A program made the translations under genes and the position numbers. A model generated the notes under the pieces. It was not told the origin of the DNA and made no database searches. It saw only the letters and a program-made list of their open reading frames with translations. Positions 13,444-22,819 of a stretch of DNA of 64,000 nucleotides are shown here, in pieces. How positions within the stretch are numbered: the first letter of the stretch is position 1; each line of letters begins with the position of its first letter. The DNA comes from Trueperaceae bacterium (GTDB lineage: Bacteria > Deinococcota > Deinococci > Deinococcales > Trueperaceae), in NCBI GenBank assembly GCA_965213705.1, contig OZ243913.1, positions 1,504,001 through 1,568,000 on the forward strand, read 5' to 3'.

Positions 13444-14037
13444 ATGAAAAATGTTTTGCTCGTGGTTGCCGGTCTTGTCACTTCTATGGTCGCCGCCCAG
13501 GGGGAGCTGTTCGTGCTCGGGGCCGGCGGCACCGCGCCCCGGCAGCAGGTCGCGGTGCAGTCCAGCACCGACTTCGAAGACTTTATCGGCACGACGACGG
13601 CCATCACGGGCGAAGTCACCTTCGACCCCGAGGCCAACACCGGCTCCGGCTTTTTGGTCGTCGACGGCACCTCTATCGACACCGGCGTCGCGGAGCGCAA
13701 CGGCCACATGCGTGGCGAGAACTGGCTGAACTTCGACGAATATCCCGAGATTCGGTTCGACATTGAAAGTGTCGAGTACCTGGGCGACGACAACTACGAG
13801 GTGAGCGGCACCATGACCATGAGCGGCGCGACCGTACCTGTTACCGCGCCCGCGACCTTGCGCTACCTACCCGCCAGCGACGAGACCGCGGCGGCCCGGC
13901 TGGAGGGCGACATCATCGCGGTGCAAACCACGTTTCCGGTGGTGCTGAGCGACTTCGGGATTGAGCGCCCCGCGCCCGACCGCGTCGCCGACGAGCTGGC
14001 CCTCAACGTCCGCTTTTTCGCCTCCAACGGTGAGTAA
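13444..14037 (+). CDS. YceI family protein (secreted)
   Basis: Signal peptide, SIDTGVAERNGHMRG..WL...YPEIRF; AGGAGG RBS. Confidence 0.85.
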   Translation: MKNVLLVVAGLVTSMVAAQGELFVLGAGGTAPRQQVAVQSSTDFEDFIGTTTAITGEVTFDPEANTGSGFLVVDGTSIDTGVAERNGHMRGENWLNFDEYPEIRFDIESVEYLGDDNYEVSGTMTMSGATVPVTAPATLRYLPASDETAAARLEGDIIAVQTTFPVVLSDFGIERPAPDRVADELALNVRFFASNGE

Positions 14038-14040
14038 GTT

Positions 14041-14454
14041 GTGAATATACTGAAAGTTTTGGCGGCCGGAGGCGCAATTCTGGCCGCCGTGGTGCTCGTC
14101 GTGACGCTGCTGGCCTCGGTCTGGCTCGGCGGCCGCGCCGAGGCCGTGCAACGCGTCGTGCCCCACGACGAGGCGACGGCGGCGCTGCTGGGTGAGGTGG
14201 GCACGCCCGTCGGGCGGGTGGACAACTACATCATCTTGAACGAGGGCGCGTTTCTGGGCGAGACCACCGACGCGGGCGCGCAACTGGTGAGCGAGACGTT
14301 TTTGAAAGACAACAACGTCTACCCGTTACAGCTTAAAACTGTGACGTTTCTGCGGAACCTGGTGGCGGCGGTGAGCCTGGCGGCGCTTTTGCTCCTGGGC
14401 GGGCTGTGGCTGTGGCTGAGACGCCGGGGCGAACCCGCGCGGGCGAACGCTTAA
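14041..14454 (+). CDS. Hypothetical membrane protein (two TM helices)
   Basis: Hydrophobic N- and C-terminal segments; immediately downstream of the YceI gene. Confidence 0.65.
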   Translation: MNILKVLAAGGAILAAVVLVVTLLASVWLGGRAEAVQRVVPHDEATAALLGEVGTPVGRVDNYIILNEGAFLGETTDAGAQLVSETFLKDNNVYPLQLKTVTFLRNLVAAVSLAALLLLGGLWLWLRRRGEPARANA

Positions 14455-14529
14455 GAAAGACGGGCTGGCGCAGTCGGTATGAGGCAACTTGACACCTACC
14501 GAAGCTCGTTGCGTCGGCCTCACTGTACT

Positions 14530-14609
14530 GTCGTTCTGAACGAAGCGCAGGAGTAGTCTCGTTTCGAGTTTGGCCCTCGAGAGACTCTTTCGCTACCGCT
14601 CAGAGTGAC
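14530..14609. repeat. Degenerate palindromic intergenic repeat (GTC.TTCTGA.CGAAGCG ... CGCT.CGCTCAGA.TGAC type)
   Basis: Imperfect inverted arms GTCGTTCTGAACGAAGCG / CGCTACCGCTCAGAGTGAC with inner GAGTAGTCTC/GAGACTC. Confidence 0.5.
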
Positions 14610-14709
14610 GGAAAAAGTAGAAGACCGCTCTTGCTGTCAAGGTGAGAGCGGGTTTCGAATTCGCCCTCGAGCCCGTCCCCTACCTTCAGCCCCGGTGCTA
14701 AAGTAAACC

Positions 14710-15930
14710 ATGCACGTCGTTTTTATCGCGCCGAGCTTTCCGGCGAACCAAAAGCAGTTCGTCCGCGCGCTTGCCGAGGTGGGCGCAACGGTCACGGGCA
14801 TCGGCGAGACGGACTTTTACGAGTTGCCAGAGGACGTGCGGGCTTGGCTGAGTTGGTACGAGCGCGTGCCGTCGGTGACCGACGAAGCGGCGCTGTTGGC
14901 GGCGGTGCGGCGCGTGCAGGCGCAGGTTTGGGTGGACCGTCTGGAAGCGACTATTGAGTCGCACATGCTCACCGTTTCAAAGGTGCGCGAGGCCTGCGGC
15001 ATTCCGGGGACGAGCTACCGGCAAACCTTGCTGTGCCGCGACAAAACCTTTATGAAAGACTTTATGCGCGAGCACGGCATTCCGACCGCCGCCTCGAGGG
15101 CGGTGACAAGCGCCGCCGAAGTGCGCGACTTCGTCGAGATGCACGGTTACCCCGTCGTCTTGAAACCCAAAGACGGCGCGGGCGCGGCGGCGACCTACCG
15201 CGCGGACGACGACGAGAGTTTGCAGCGCGCGCTCGACGAAATAGGCGGCAGCGGCGCGTTAACCATCGCGGTCGAAGAGTTTGTCTCTGGGCACGAAGGT
15301 TTTTACGACACCCTCACGGTGGGGGGCGAGGTGGTTTACGAATTCATCAGCCACTACTACCCGAACGTGTTGGAGGCCATGCGGACGCGCTGGGTTTCGC
15401 CCGTCATCATCACGACGAACCGCGTGGACAGCCCCGGTTACGACGAACTCAAGGCGCTGGGGCGCAAGGTTATATCCGCGCTGGGGTTGCAGACCGCGCC
15501 GACCCACATGGAGTGGTTTTTCGGCGACAAAGGCCTGAAGTTTTCCGAAATCGGCGCGCGTCCGCCGGGGGTGGGGCAGTGGGACCTGTACAGCGCCGCG
15601 AACGACCTCGACCTGTATAGGGAGTGGGCGCACGCGGTCGCTTACGGCAGCGCGCCGGGACACTTGTCGCGCGCTTACTCCGCCGCCATCATCGCCCTGC
15701 GCCCGACGCAAGACGGCGTAGTCGACCACTACGAGGGTGTGGAGCGCGTCGCGGACAAGTACAACGACCTCGTCATCCGGGCTCATTTCCCCGAGCCGGG
15801 CTCGAGCACGCAAGCCGTGGAAGCGGGTTACATGGCGAACGCCTGGCTGCAACTCAAACACCCCGACTTTGATGAGTTGCGGCGTATCCTCACCGAAATC
15901 GGGGAGACGGTGCGGGTGGTCGCGCGCTAG
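14710..15930 (+). CDS. ATP-grasp domain protein
   Basis: RDKTFMK, GYPVVLKPKDGAG, VEEFVSG, HMEWF, FSEIGARPPG. Confidence 0.85.
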   Translation: MHVVFIAPSFPANQKQFVRALAEVGATVTGIGETDFYELPEDVRAWLSWYERVPSVTDEAALLAAVRRVQAQVWVDRLEATIESHMLTVSKVREACGIPGTSYRQTLLCRDKTFMKDFMREHGIPTAASRAVTSAAEVRDFVEMHGYPVVLKPKDGAGAAATYRADDDESLQRALDEIGGSGALTIAVEEFVSGHEGFYDTLTVGGEVVYEFISHYYPNVLEAMRTRWVSPVIITTNRVDSPGYDELKALGRKVISALGLQTAPTHMEWFFGDKGLKFSEIGARPPGVGQWDLYSAANDLDLYREWAHAVAYGSAPGHLSRAYSAAIIALRPTQDGVVDHYEGVERVADKYNDLVIRAHFPEPGSSTQAVEAGYMANAWLQLKHPDFDELRRILTEIGETVRVVAR

Positions 15931-16470
15931 GTGCTCGAGCTTCTCGTCTACCGCCTCAGGACGGCCGTTTCAACCCTGCCGGACGCGGGCGGTTGGCTTG
16001 TCACGTTTTTCTTGTTCGCACTCTTCGCCGTCCTCACTTTTTTGATTCTGCGTTCGACACGGCTGTTCGAGTTTTCGCTTAGCGAGCTGCCGGTCTCTAA
16101 AATCCTGCTGCTGGCACTTATCGCCGTGTTTACACCGAGCTTGCCCGAAGAAATCCTCTACCGCGTGGTGCTGTTGCCACATCCGGACGAACAAGTTTCG
16201 CTCACGGTGCGCGCTCTGTGGAGCGGCGGGGCGTTGCTCGTGTTCGTCGCGGCCCACCCGCTTCTCGCGCTAACGGCCTGGCCCTGGTCGCGGCGCATCT
16301 TTTACCGCAGGTCGTTTTTGGCAATCGTCGCGCTGCTGGGGACGGTCTGCACGCTCGCGTACTTTGCGACCGGCTCGGTTTGGGCAAGTGTCGCACTGCA
16401 CTGGGCGACGGTTGTGGGTTGGAAGCTGTTTTACGGCGGGCCGGACTTCAACCTGGGGCGCCCGCCCTGA
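15931..16470 (+). CDS. CPBP (Abi/CAAX) family intramembrane metalloprotease
   Basis: EEILYR, FVAAH, SVWASVALH motifs. Confidence 0.8.
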   Translation: MLELLVYRLRTAVSTLPDAGGWLVTFFLFALFAVLTFLILRSTRLFEFSLSELPVSKILLLALIAVFTPSLPEEILYRVVLLPHPDEQVSLTVRALWSGGALLVFVAAHPLLALTAWPWSRRIFYRRSFLAIVALLGTVCTLAYFATGSVWASVALHWATVVGWKLFYGGPDFNLGRPP

Positions 16471-16609
16471 GAAGCCCGTCCTCAACCAAAGTCAAAAAGA
16501 GGTTTCGGCAACCCCGGTGTGAGACGGGGCGACAGAAGTGGCCCGCAGAGGTGTTGCGGAGTGTAAGTTCTTGTTGACGTAACCACGCCGACGGACTTAG
16601 GCTCAAGCT

Positions 16610-17635
16610 GTGGACCGTCCCGTTGCGTCGCCGACCTCGTTGAAAATCGTTCCCGGTCTCGTTCTCACCGCCGCGCTCACGCTGCTCGCTTACCTGCTGG
16701 ACAGGGTGCCGGGGTTGCACCTGTTGGGCACGCTCGGCATCGCGCTCGTGCTCGGGTTGGCGTGGCGGGGGTTTCTGGGTTTGCCGGGACGGGCCGCGCC
16801 CGGCGCGCGCTTTTCGGCGCGGACGCTTCTTAACGCGGGCGTCATCCTGCTCGGGGTGCGGCTGGACTTCGTCTTGCTTTACCGGGCTGGACCGGCGGTG
16901 CTGTTGCTGGACTTGCTGGTGGTGACGGCGGGGTTGTTGGTGATGGAACGGGTCGGCAAGTGGTGGGGTTTGTCGCGCGGGCTGCGGCTGGCGCTGGCGG
17001 TGGGCTCGAGCATCTGCGGCGCGTCGGCGATTGCCGCGTCGGTGCCGGTTATCAAGGCCACCGACGACGAGGTTTCAGTGGCGGTCGGGGTGGTGAGCGT
17101 GCTCGGCACCCTGGGCGTGCTCGGTTACGGCTTGCTGGGGCCGCTGTTGGCCTGGAGCCCGGCGCACTACGGACTGATGACCGGCGCGACGCTCCACGCG
17201 GTCGGCCACGTGCTCGCGGCGGGCGCGGCGCAAGGTGCCGAAGCGCTCGACGTCGCCACCTTGACCAAGCTCACGCGAGTCGCGCTGTTGGCCCCGGTGC
17301 TGCTGGTGTTGGGCGCGCTGCTGCGGCGGCGGGACGCAGCTCTAGGCGCGACCGTTTCGCTCACGGCAAAACGGCCGCCGCTCGTGCCCGGCTTTTTGGT
17401 GGGGTTTCTGGCGCTCGGGCTCGTGAACAGTCTCGGGCTGATTCCGCCCGGACTGGTGGGGGTGCTCGAGACCCTGAGCGTGCTGCTGACCGCAATGGCG
17501 ATGGTCGGAATAGGTTTGGGTGTGGACTTCGGCGTGTTGCGGCGAATAGGCGGCGGCGCGTTGCGGTTGGGCGTGGTTGGGTTTGCGGCTATCTTGTTGG
17601 TTGCGGGAGTCTATGCAGCTTTCGTCCAGTTCTGA
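16610..17635 (+). CDS. YeiH/UPF0324 putative sulfate exporter family membrane protein
   Basis: GSSICGASAIAA, KLTRV, AMVGIGL; many TM helices; TTGACG-18-TAGGCT promoter just upstream. Confidence 0.85.
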   Translation: MDRPVASPTSLKIVPGLVLTAALTLLAYLLDRVPGLHLLGTLGIALVLGLAWRGFLGLPGRAAPGARFSARTLLNAGVILLGVRLDFVLLYRAGPAVLLLDLLVVTAGLLVMERVGKWWGLSRGLRLALAVGSSICGASAIAASVPVIKATDDEVSVAVGVVSVLGTLGVLGYGLLGPLLAWSPAHYGLMTGATLHAVGHVLAAGAAQGAEALDVATLTKLTRVALLAPVLLVLGALLRRRDAALGATVSLTAKRPPLVPGFLVGFLALGLVNSLGLIPPGLVGVLETLSVLLTAMAMVGIGLGVDFGVLRRIGGGALRLGVVGFAAILLVAGVYAAFVQF

Positions 17636-17799
17636 AAAGGCCTTCGACGGCTCTGGACAAACAGTTGCGGCAAAAAGTGAACAGAATCTACAGCAGTTCC
17701 GGAACCGCCTGAGACGTTCTCGCTGTGCCTCGTTCAACATCCTTTTGGCCTAAAGGGCGACCCACTTGTCGAGGGACAAGGTCAAAAACAGTTGTGCCT

Positions 17800-17843
17800 G
17801 GTCAAATCGAGAAAGTCAAACCGAGAAAGTCAAACCGAAAAAA
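17800..17843 (+). repeat. 14-bp tandem repeat x3 (GTCAAAYCGAGAAA)
   Basis: gtcaaatcgagaaa gtcaaaccgagaaa gtcaaaccgaaaaa. Confidence 0.8.
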
Positions 17844-18073
17844 TGCTACAAAGCGAAAGTTGTGACGTTCACAATCCAACCTCACTTACAGTTTCGTACC
17901 TTGCCGCTGTTTATCCTGAGATTTGTGCTGGACACAAACTATTGGGGGACAACCTAGTTAGGTTGTCGTCTTGGCAGGGCACCGGGGGGTGAAATTTGAA
18001 CAACTACTTTTGAGTGCTGCAGTAAACTTCACAAAGCAAACAACGAACCCAACTCACTTTTTCAAGGAGGACC

Positions 18074-18955
18074 ATGAAACGTCTTAACGCTGTCATCTTG
18101 CTACTTGCGACCGTTCTGCTTACAGCCTGCGCCACGGCCCAAACGGGCGACACGACGGGGAGCTTTCTCGAGCGTCCCGACGGCGCGCGCATCCACTACC
18201 AGGTAACGGGCTCGGGCGAGCCGATGCTGCTCGTTCACGGCTACCCGCTGTCCGAAGAACTGTTTTCGCAAAACCGCGACGCGCTCGCCGCCGAGTACCA
18301 GGTCGTCACCCCGACGCTGCGCGGCTACGGCCAGAGCGAAGCGCCGACGAGCGACGCGACGATTTCCACCTACGCCGAGGACATGCTCGCGCTCATGGAC
18401 GAACTCGGCGTGCAGCAAGCCATCGTCGGCGGCATGTCGATGGGCGGGCCTATCGTGTTCGAAATGTACCGCCAAGCGCCCACTCGCTTTAAAGGCATGA
18501 TTCTCATCGACACCATCGCCGCGCCCGCCATGCCGCCCGAAGCCGGGTTGTGGAACGGCGTCACCGAACTCGTCAATCAGGACGGCGTGGACGCGCTCGT
18601 GCCGGTGCTGCTCAAAGACATGCTGACCGGCGAAACACGCATGAACCAGCCCGAGCAGGCCGAATTTTTGACCGGAATTATCAAGCAAGCCTCGGTCAAC
18701 GGTGCTTTAGCTGGTGCCAAAGCGCTCGCCAACCGCCCCGACTCGCAGCCGACCCTGACCGAAATCACCGTGCCCACCCTGATTTTGGTCGGACTGGCCG
18801 ACTCGCTCTACCCGTTCGAGATTGCCCGGATGATGAACGAGGCCATCCTCAATTCGGAGTTGGTCATCCTGGACGGCGCGTCGCACGCGGCGATTTACGA
18901 AGCGGCCGAGCAAGCGAACCAGGCAATCCTGGACTGGGCGGCAGGCGTTCAGTAA
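18074..18955 (+). CDS. Alpha/beta hydrolase (exported, possible lipoprotein)
   Basis: LLTAC lipobox-like signal, HGYP, GMSMGG nucleophile elbow, C-terminal His; AAGGAGG RBS. Confidence 0.85.
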   Translation: MKRLNAVILLLATVLLTACATAQTGDTTGSFLERPDGARIHYQVTGSGEPMLLVHGYPLSEELFSQNRDALAAEYQVVTPTLRGYGQSEAPTSDATISTYAEDMLALMDELGVQQAIVGGMSMGGPIVFEMYRQAPTRFKGMILIDTIAAPAMPPEAGLWNGVTELVNQDGVDALVPVLLKDMLTGETRMNQPEQAEFLTGIIKQASVNGALAGAKALANRPDSQPTLTEITVPTLILVGLADSLYPFEIARMMNEAILNSELVILDGASHAAIYEAAEQANQAILDWAAGVQ

Positions 18956-18971
18956 AGTTTGAAGAAAACGA

Positions 18972-19001
18972 CCGGCGGGGCGTAAGCGCCCCGCCTTTTT
19001 T
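18972..19001 (+). terminator. Rho-independent terminator
   Basis: GGCGGGGCG-TAAG-CGCCCCGCC followed by T-run. Confidence 0.85.
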
Positions 19002-19123
19002 GTGGCCGCCCCGAGCCGCTGTGGACGTGTAGAATTCGTCTTACAAAGTGCTGGACGGGCTGGACGAAACCTTGGGGGCAGCATGGCAAAAAATCGCGGG
19101 GCTCGAGCGGTCAAGGGTACGGC

Positions 19124-20380
19124 GTGAGTGACCTGAACCTCACCCTGTTCGCGCTCGGCGCGCTCACGCTTGTTTTAAGTTTGCTGTCGGGATTCGTCAA
19201 GCGCAAGGTTTATCCCGTCTCCGAACCGATGCTGGCGCTGGCGCTGGGCGTCCTCCTGGGTCCTTACGGGTTCAAGCTGCTCGAGATAGCTCACTGGGGC
19301 GAGCCGCGTGGCATCCTCGAGACCGCCGCCCGCTTGACCGTCGCCGTGTCGGTGATGGCGACGGCGCTGCGCCTGCCGAAGGGTTATTTTCCAAACAACG
19401 TTTCGGCGCTTTTAGCGCTGCTCGGGCCGGGGATGCTGCTGATGTGGTTGACTAGCGGGTTGCTGGCTTGGTGGCTGCTGGACGTGCCGTTTTGGCTCGG
19501 GCTGCTCGTCGGCGCGGTTCTCACGCCCACCGACCCGGTGGTGTCCGGGACCATCGTGACCGGCGAAACGGCCAAAAAGTACATCCCGGCGCGCCTGCGC
19601 AACCTGCTCTCCGCCGAGGCCGGGGCCAACGACGGCGGCGCGTACGTGTTCGTGTTTTTGTGCCTGCTGATGCTGGAACGTTCGCCGGGCGCGGCGCTGC
19701 TCGAGTGGACGACGCGTGTGCTGCTCTGGGAAGTGCTCGCCGCCGCGGTGATTGGCTACCTGCTCGGCTACGCGGCGGGGCGGGTACAAAAGTGGGCTGA
19801 GCAGCGCGACTTTGTGGAGACGAGTTCGCTGTTTACCGTGACGATAGCGCTCACGGCGGTGGTCCTGGCCGGGGTGGCGCTCGTAGGCGGCAACGGTATT
19901 TTGGCCGTCTTTGCCGCCGGTTTGGCGTTCAACCGCGCCGTCGGCGAGCCCGAGGAGGACGAGCAAGCGGCCGTGCAAGAAGCCGTCAACCGCCTGTTCT
20001 CGTTTCCGGTTTTGGTGCTGTTCGGTATGGCGTTGCCCTGGCAGGGTTGGGGTGAACTGGGCTGGGCGGGACCCTTACTCGCCTCGCTGCTGCTCCTGCT
20101 GCGCCGATTGCCGATGACGCTGTTGCTCCGGCCCTTGCTGACACCGCTGCAACGGCGCGCCGACGTGCTGTTCACGGGCTGGTTCGGGCCTGTGGGGGTG
20201 GCGGCGGTGTTTTACGCGGCGCATACCTCGGAGCGGTTGGGGAGCGACCTCGTTTGGAACGTGTGCAGCCTCGTGGTGGCGGCGTCGGTGGTGGCGTTCG
20301 GGGTGACCTCCACACCGTTTACACTGCTTTACGGGCGGCTTTCAAACAGTAAACAGGACGGTGCGCGAGACGACGCATAA
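19124..20380 (+). CDS. Cation:proton antiporter (CPA1/NhaP-like)
   Basis: TPTDPV, EAGANDG, GWFGPVG; about 12 TM helices. Confidence 0.85.
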   Translation: MSDLNLTLFALGALTLVLSLLSGFVKRKVYPVSEPMLALALGVLLGPYGFKLLEIAHWGEPRGILETAARLTVAVSVMATALRLPKGYFPNNVSALLALLGPGMLLMWLTSGLLAWWLLDVPFWLGLLVGAVLTPTDPVVSGTIVTGETAKKYIPARLRNLLSAEAGANDGGAYVFVFLCLLMLERSPGAALLEWTTRVLLWEVLAAAVIGYLLGYAAGRVQKWAEQRDFVETSSLFTVTIALTAVVLAGVALVGGNGILAVFAAGLAFNRAVGEPEEDEQAAVQEAVNRLFSFPVLVLFGMALPWQGWGELGWAGPLLASLLLLLRRLPMTLLLRPLLTPLQRRADVLFTGWFGPVGVAAVFYAAHTSERLGSDLVWNVCSLVVAASVVAFGVTSTPFTLLYGRLSNSKQDGARDDA

Positions 20381-20421
20381 ACCGCCCTGTCTAACCGTCC
20401 TGTCTGACAACCGCGTGAAGT

Positions 20422-20922
20422 CTAGGCGGACACCCGCTCGAGGTAGCCCCGCGTCACGACCGGAATCTGCTCGCGCAAAAAGTCGGCCATGCGCTCTTCT
20501 TCTTGCAAAATGCCCTCGCACACGCTCGCCGTTTGCTCGTCGCCCAAGGCGCGGGCGGCCGCCACGAGCGAGCGGTACGAGGCGATTTCGAACGACTCGG
20601 CGGCGTAGTCGCCGAGCGCGTTTTTGACCACCTCGTCCGCGGCCAGCCCCGAGCCTCTGGCCTGAAAAAAACCGCTGACCGTGCCGAGGGCGTCTTTGGC
20701 CGTGGAGGTGCTGCCGCCCAAACGTTTTATACACGCTTCGACCTGTTCGGCGTGACGGCGCGACTCTTCCAGGTGCTGCTCAAGCCGCTGTTGCAACTCC
20801 GCGTAGCCCTTTTCGCCCGCGTCCTTGCTGTGGTTTTGGTAGGTCTGCACCGCGTTCAGCTCGAGCGCGTGCGCGTCTTTGAGCCAGGCTAGGAGCGTGT
20901 CTTGTTGGCTGTCTTTGCTCAT
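20422..20922 (-). CDS. Ferritin-like DUF892/YciE family protein
   Basis: WLKDAHALE, HLEESRRH, E.FEIASY, ILQEEERMA. Confidence 0.85.
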   Translation of the reverse strand: MSKDSQQDTLLAWLKDAHALELNAVQTYQNHSKDAGEKGYAELQQRLEQHLEESRRHAEQVEACIKRLGGSTSTAKDALGTVSGFFQARGSGLAADEVVKNALGDYAAESFEIASYRSLVAAARALGDEQTASVCEGILQEEERMADFLREQIPVVTRGYLERVSA

Positions 20923-21399
20923 GAGTAAACCCCCTTGGGGCCGCTTTGGAACCGGCTGAACCTCAGTGTAAAAAAGGTTCGGCCGGGGCGTCTGCAAGCT
21001 TGCGCGCTTTTGGGGGTTGTTTCACCCCGGTTGTTGTCTACAAAGAGCGCGGCAAACAAAGCGGGAGGCGTCCACCACTTTGTATTTGTAATCGTGAAAC
21101 GCTCAGGGCGTACTCTTGACGCGTTCTCCTGGTACAACCTATGTGAAGAAGAGAACCGAACGCCCTGTTTGTTACGTCAAGTCGAGGGAAAGCTGACCTA
21201 CAAAGCGCTGCCTGATGAGCGAGAAGCCGAAAAACCTCAAACGAGAACTCAGGAGAGGATGATACCTTTGGGCTCGACACGGACTTTGAAAGGGCAGCGG
21301 CGCGGGTTTCGGAAGTTAGGCCGAAATAGGTGAGAGAGAAAAGCCTGTGTCAAAAAGTGGAAAATCTGCCGCTGCTAGGTAGGTTCATTTGGTTTATGA

Positions 21400-22122
21400 T
21401 TGTTTTCAGGAAGGTTGCTGACGATGGCTGTTGACATTTACGGAGGGCGCGAGCCGCTCGAGATGCCACTTTACACTTACGCAGAGGCGTCTCGGTACCT
21501 CAATGTGCCGGTCAGCACTATAAGGTCATGGGCAAAAGGGCGCTACTACATCTATGCAAATGAAAGGCGCTTTTCAGACCCCCTGATAGTTGCAGTGGGG
21601 GACAACAGTTTGCCCTTGTCCTTTCACAACCTCGTCGAACTACATGTGCTCAGTGCATTACGTCATTTCCACAACGTCACCAGTTTTGCCATTCGCTCAG
21701 CTTTAGACAATGCCAGGGCTGAGTTTGGGGAGCAGGACAGACTTTTGTTGCGTGATGATTTAAGCACGTTCGGCGGTGACGTTTTTGTCGAGGCTTTGGG
21801 ACACCTGATCAACTTGAACAAAGGCCGACAGATAGTTTTGAAAGATATTCTCAAGAACTATCTGCGAAGAGTTATCAGGGACGAATCAAAAATTCCTGTA
21901 AAGCTTTACCCTGTTGCCAGAAATCCGGATAGTCCGGACAACTCTGTTTCTATCGACCCCAGAGTTTCGTTCGGTAGACCTGTCGTCAAAGGGACGGGCG
22001 TAAGTACAGGGGTTATAGCTGCGCGCATAAACGCCGGAGAAAGTATGGAAACCGTAGCAGGAGATTACGGTTTGACCACTGAGGTCATTAAGGATGTCCT
22101 TTACTACGAACAAGCGGCCTAA
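21400..22122 (+). CDS. DUF433-domain antitoxin (VapB45-like) with N-terminal HTH
   Basis: PLYTYAEASRYLNVP.STIRSW, LSFHNLVE, IDPRVSFGRPVV..TGV, GES...VAGDY; start may be ATG 21424. Confidence 0.8.
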   Translation: MFSGRLLTMAVDIYGGREPLEMPLYTYAEASRYLNVPVSTIRSWAKGRYYIYANERRFSDPLIVAVGDNSLPLSFHNLVELHVLSALRHFHNVTSFAIRSALDNARAEFGEQDRLLLRDDLSTFGGDVFVEALGHLINLNKGRQIVLKDILKNYLRRVIRDESKIPVKLYPVARNPDSPDNSVSIDPRVSFGRPVVKGTGVSTGVIAARINAGESMETVAGDYGLTTEVIKDVLYYEQAA

Positions 22123-22124
22123 GG

Positions 22125-22601
22125 GTGCCCGACTTCACGTTTTTTTTAGATGAAAACCTACACAGCGAAACTTTCTCGAGCATCCTTGTAGAGGCAGAGC
22201 TTGACGTCGAACTTCACAAAAACCACTTTCCCCAGGGGGTAAGCGATACGGTGTGGATACCCGAAGTCGCGTCGAGGGGATGGATAGCGGTGACGGGTGA
22301 CGTAAAAACAAGATTTAAGCGCCCCGAGGTTGAGAAAATCGTACTTTCAAAAGCCAGGGTCTTACACTTGGTTGTCGGTAAAAATGCAACTCACCCTGTT
22401 CTCGCTCAAAATTTTGTCAACACACTACCCTCAATCAATTCATTTTTAAGAAGACACACCGCCCCGTGCCTAGCAACAATCACCCGCCCAAGTAAACCGG
22501 AGGATTTTGGTGCCGGGCGACCGGGCGGTGTTTATTCGAAAGAAGCAAAAATCGTAGAGGTGCGACTCACGCTTATACGGCAGGGCCACACGGGTATATA
22601 G
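22125..22601 (+). CDS. PIN-like toxin (VapC45-like)
   Basis: FFLDENL, D.VWI..VA.RGW.AVT.D; coupled directly behind the DUF433 gene. Confidence 0.75.
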   Translation: MPDFTFFLDENLHSETFSSILVEAELDVELHKNHFPQGVSDTVWIPEVASRGWIAVTGDVKTRFKRPEVEKIVLSKARVLHLVVGKNATHPVLAQNFVNTLPSINSFLRRHTAPCLATITRPSKPEDFGAGRPGGVYSKEAKIVEVRLTLIRQGHTGI

Positions 22602-22819
22602 TTCGCACTCAAATTAAAAAAGCGGAGGCACGCCGGGGGGAAGGTGCCTCCGAAAAAAGTGTAGGGGCTAACGTTGTCCGGAAAAGCCGCCTACACTACA
22701 GGTGGAAGCTGGAGTCGTCGGGCTGGAACGCTGCAGTCCCGTCCCACCAATCAAAAGGCCCAAATACCTAGTGCATGTGCCCCGGTCGTACCAAGGCGCG
22801 TGCGTCTGTTTAGCTCGGG

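Noticed and set aside
20935..21333. 132-aa ORF upstream of the toxin-antitoxin pair
   Set aside because: No RBS, motif or convincing protein composition; probably intergenic
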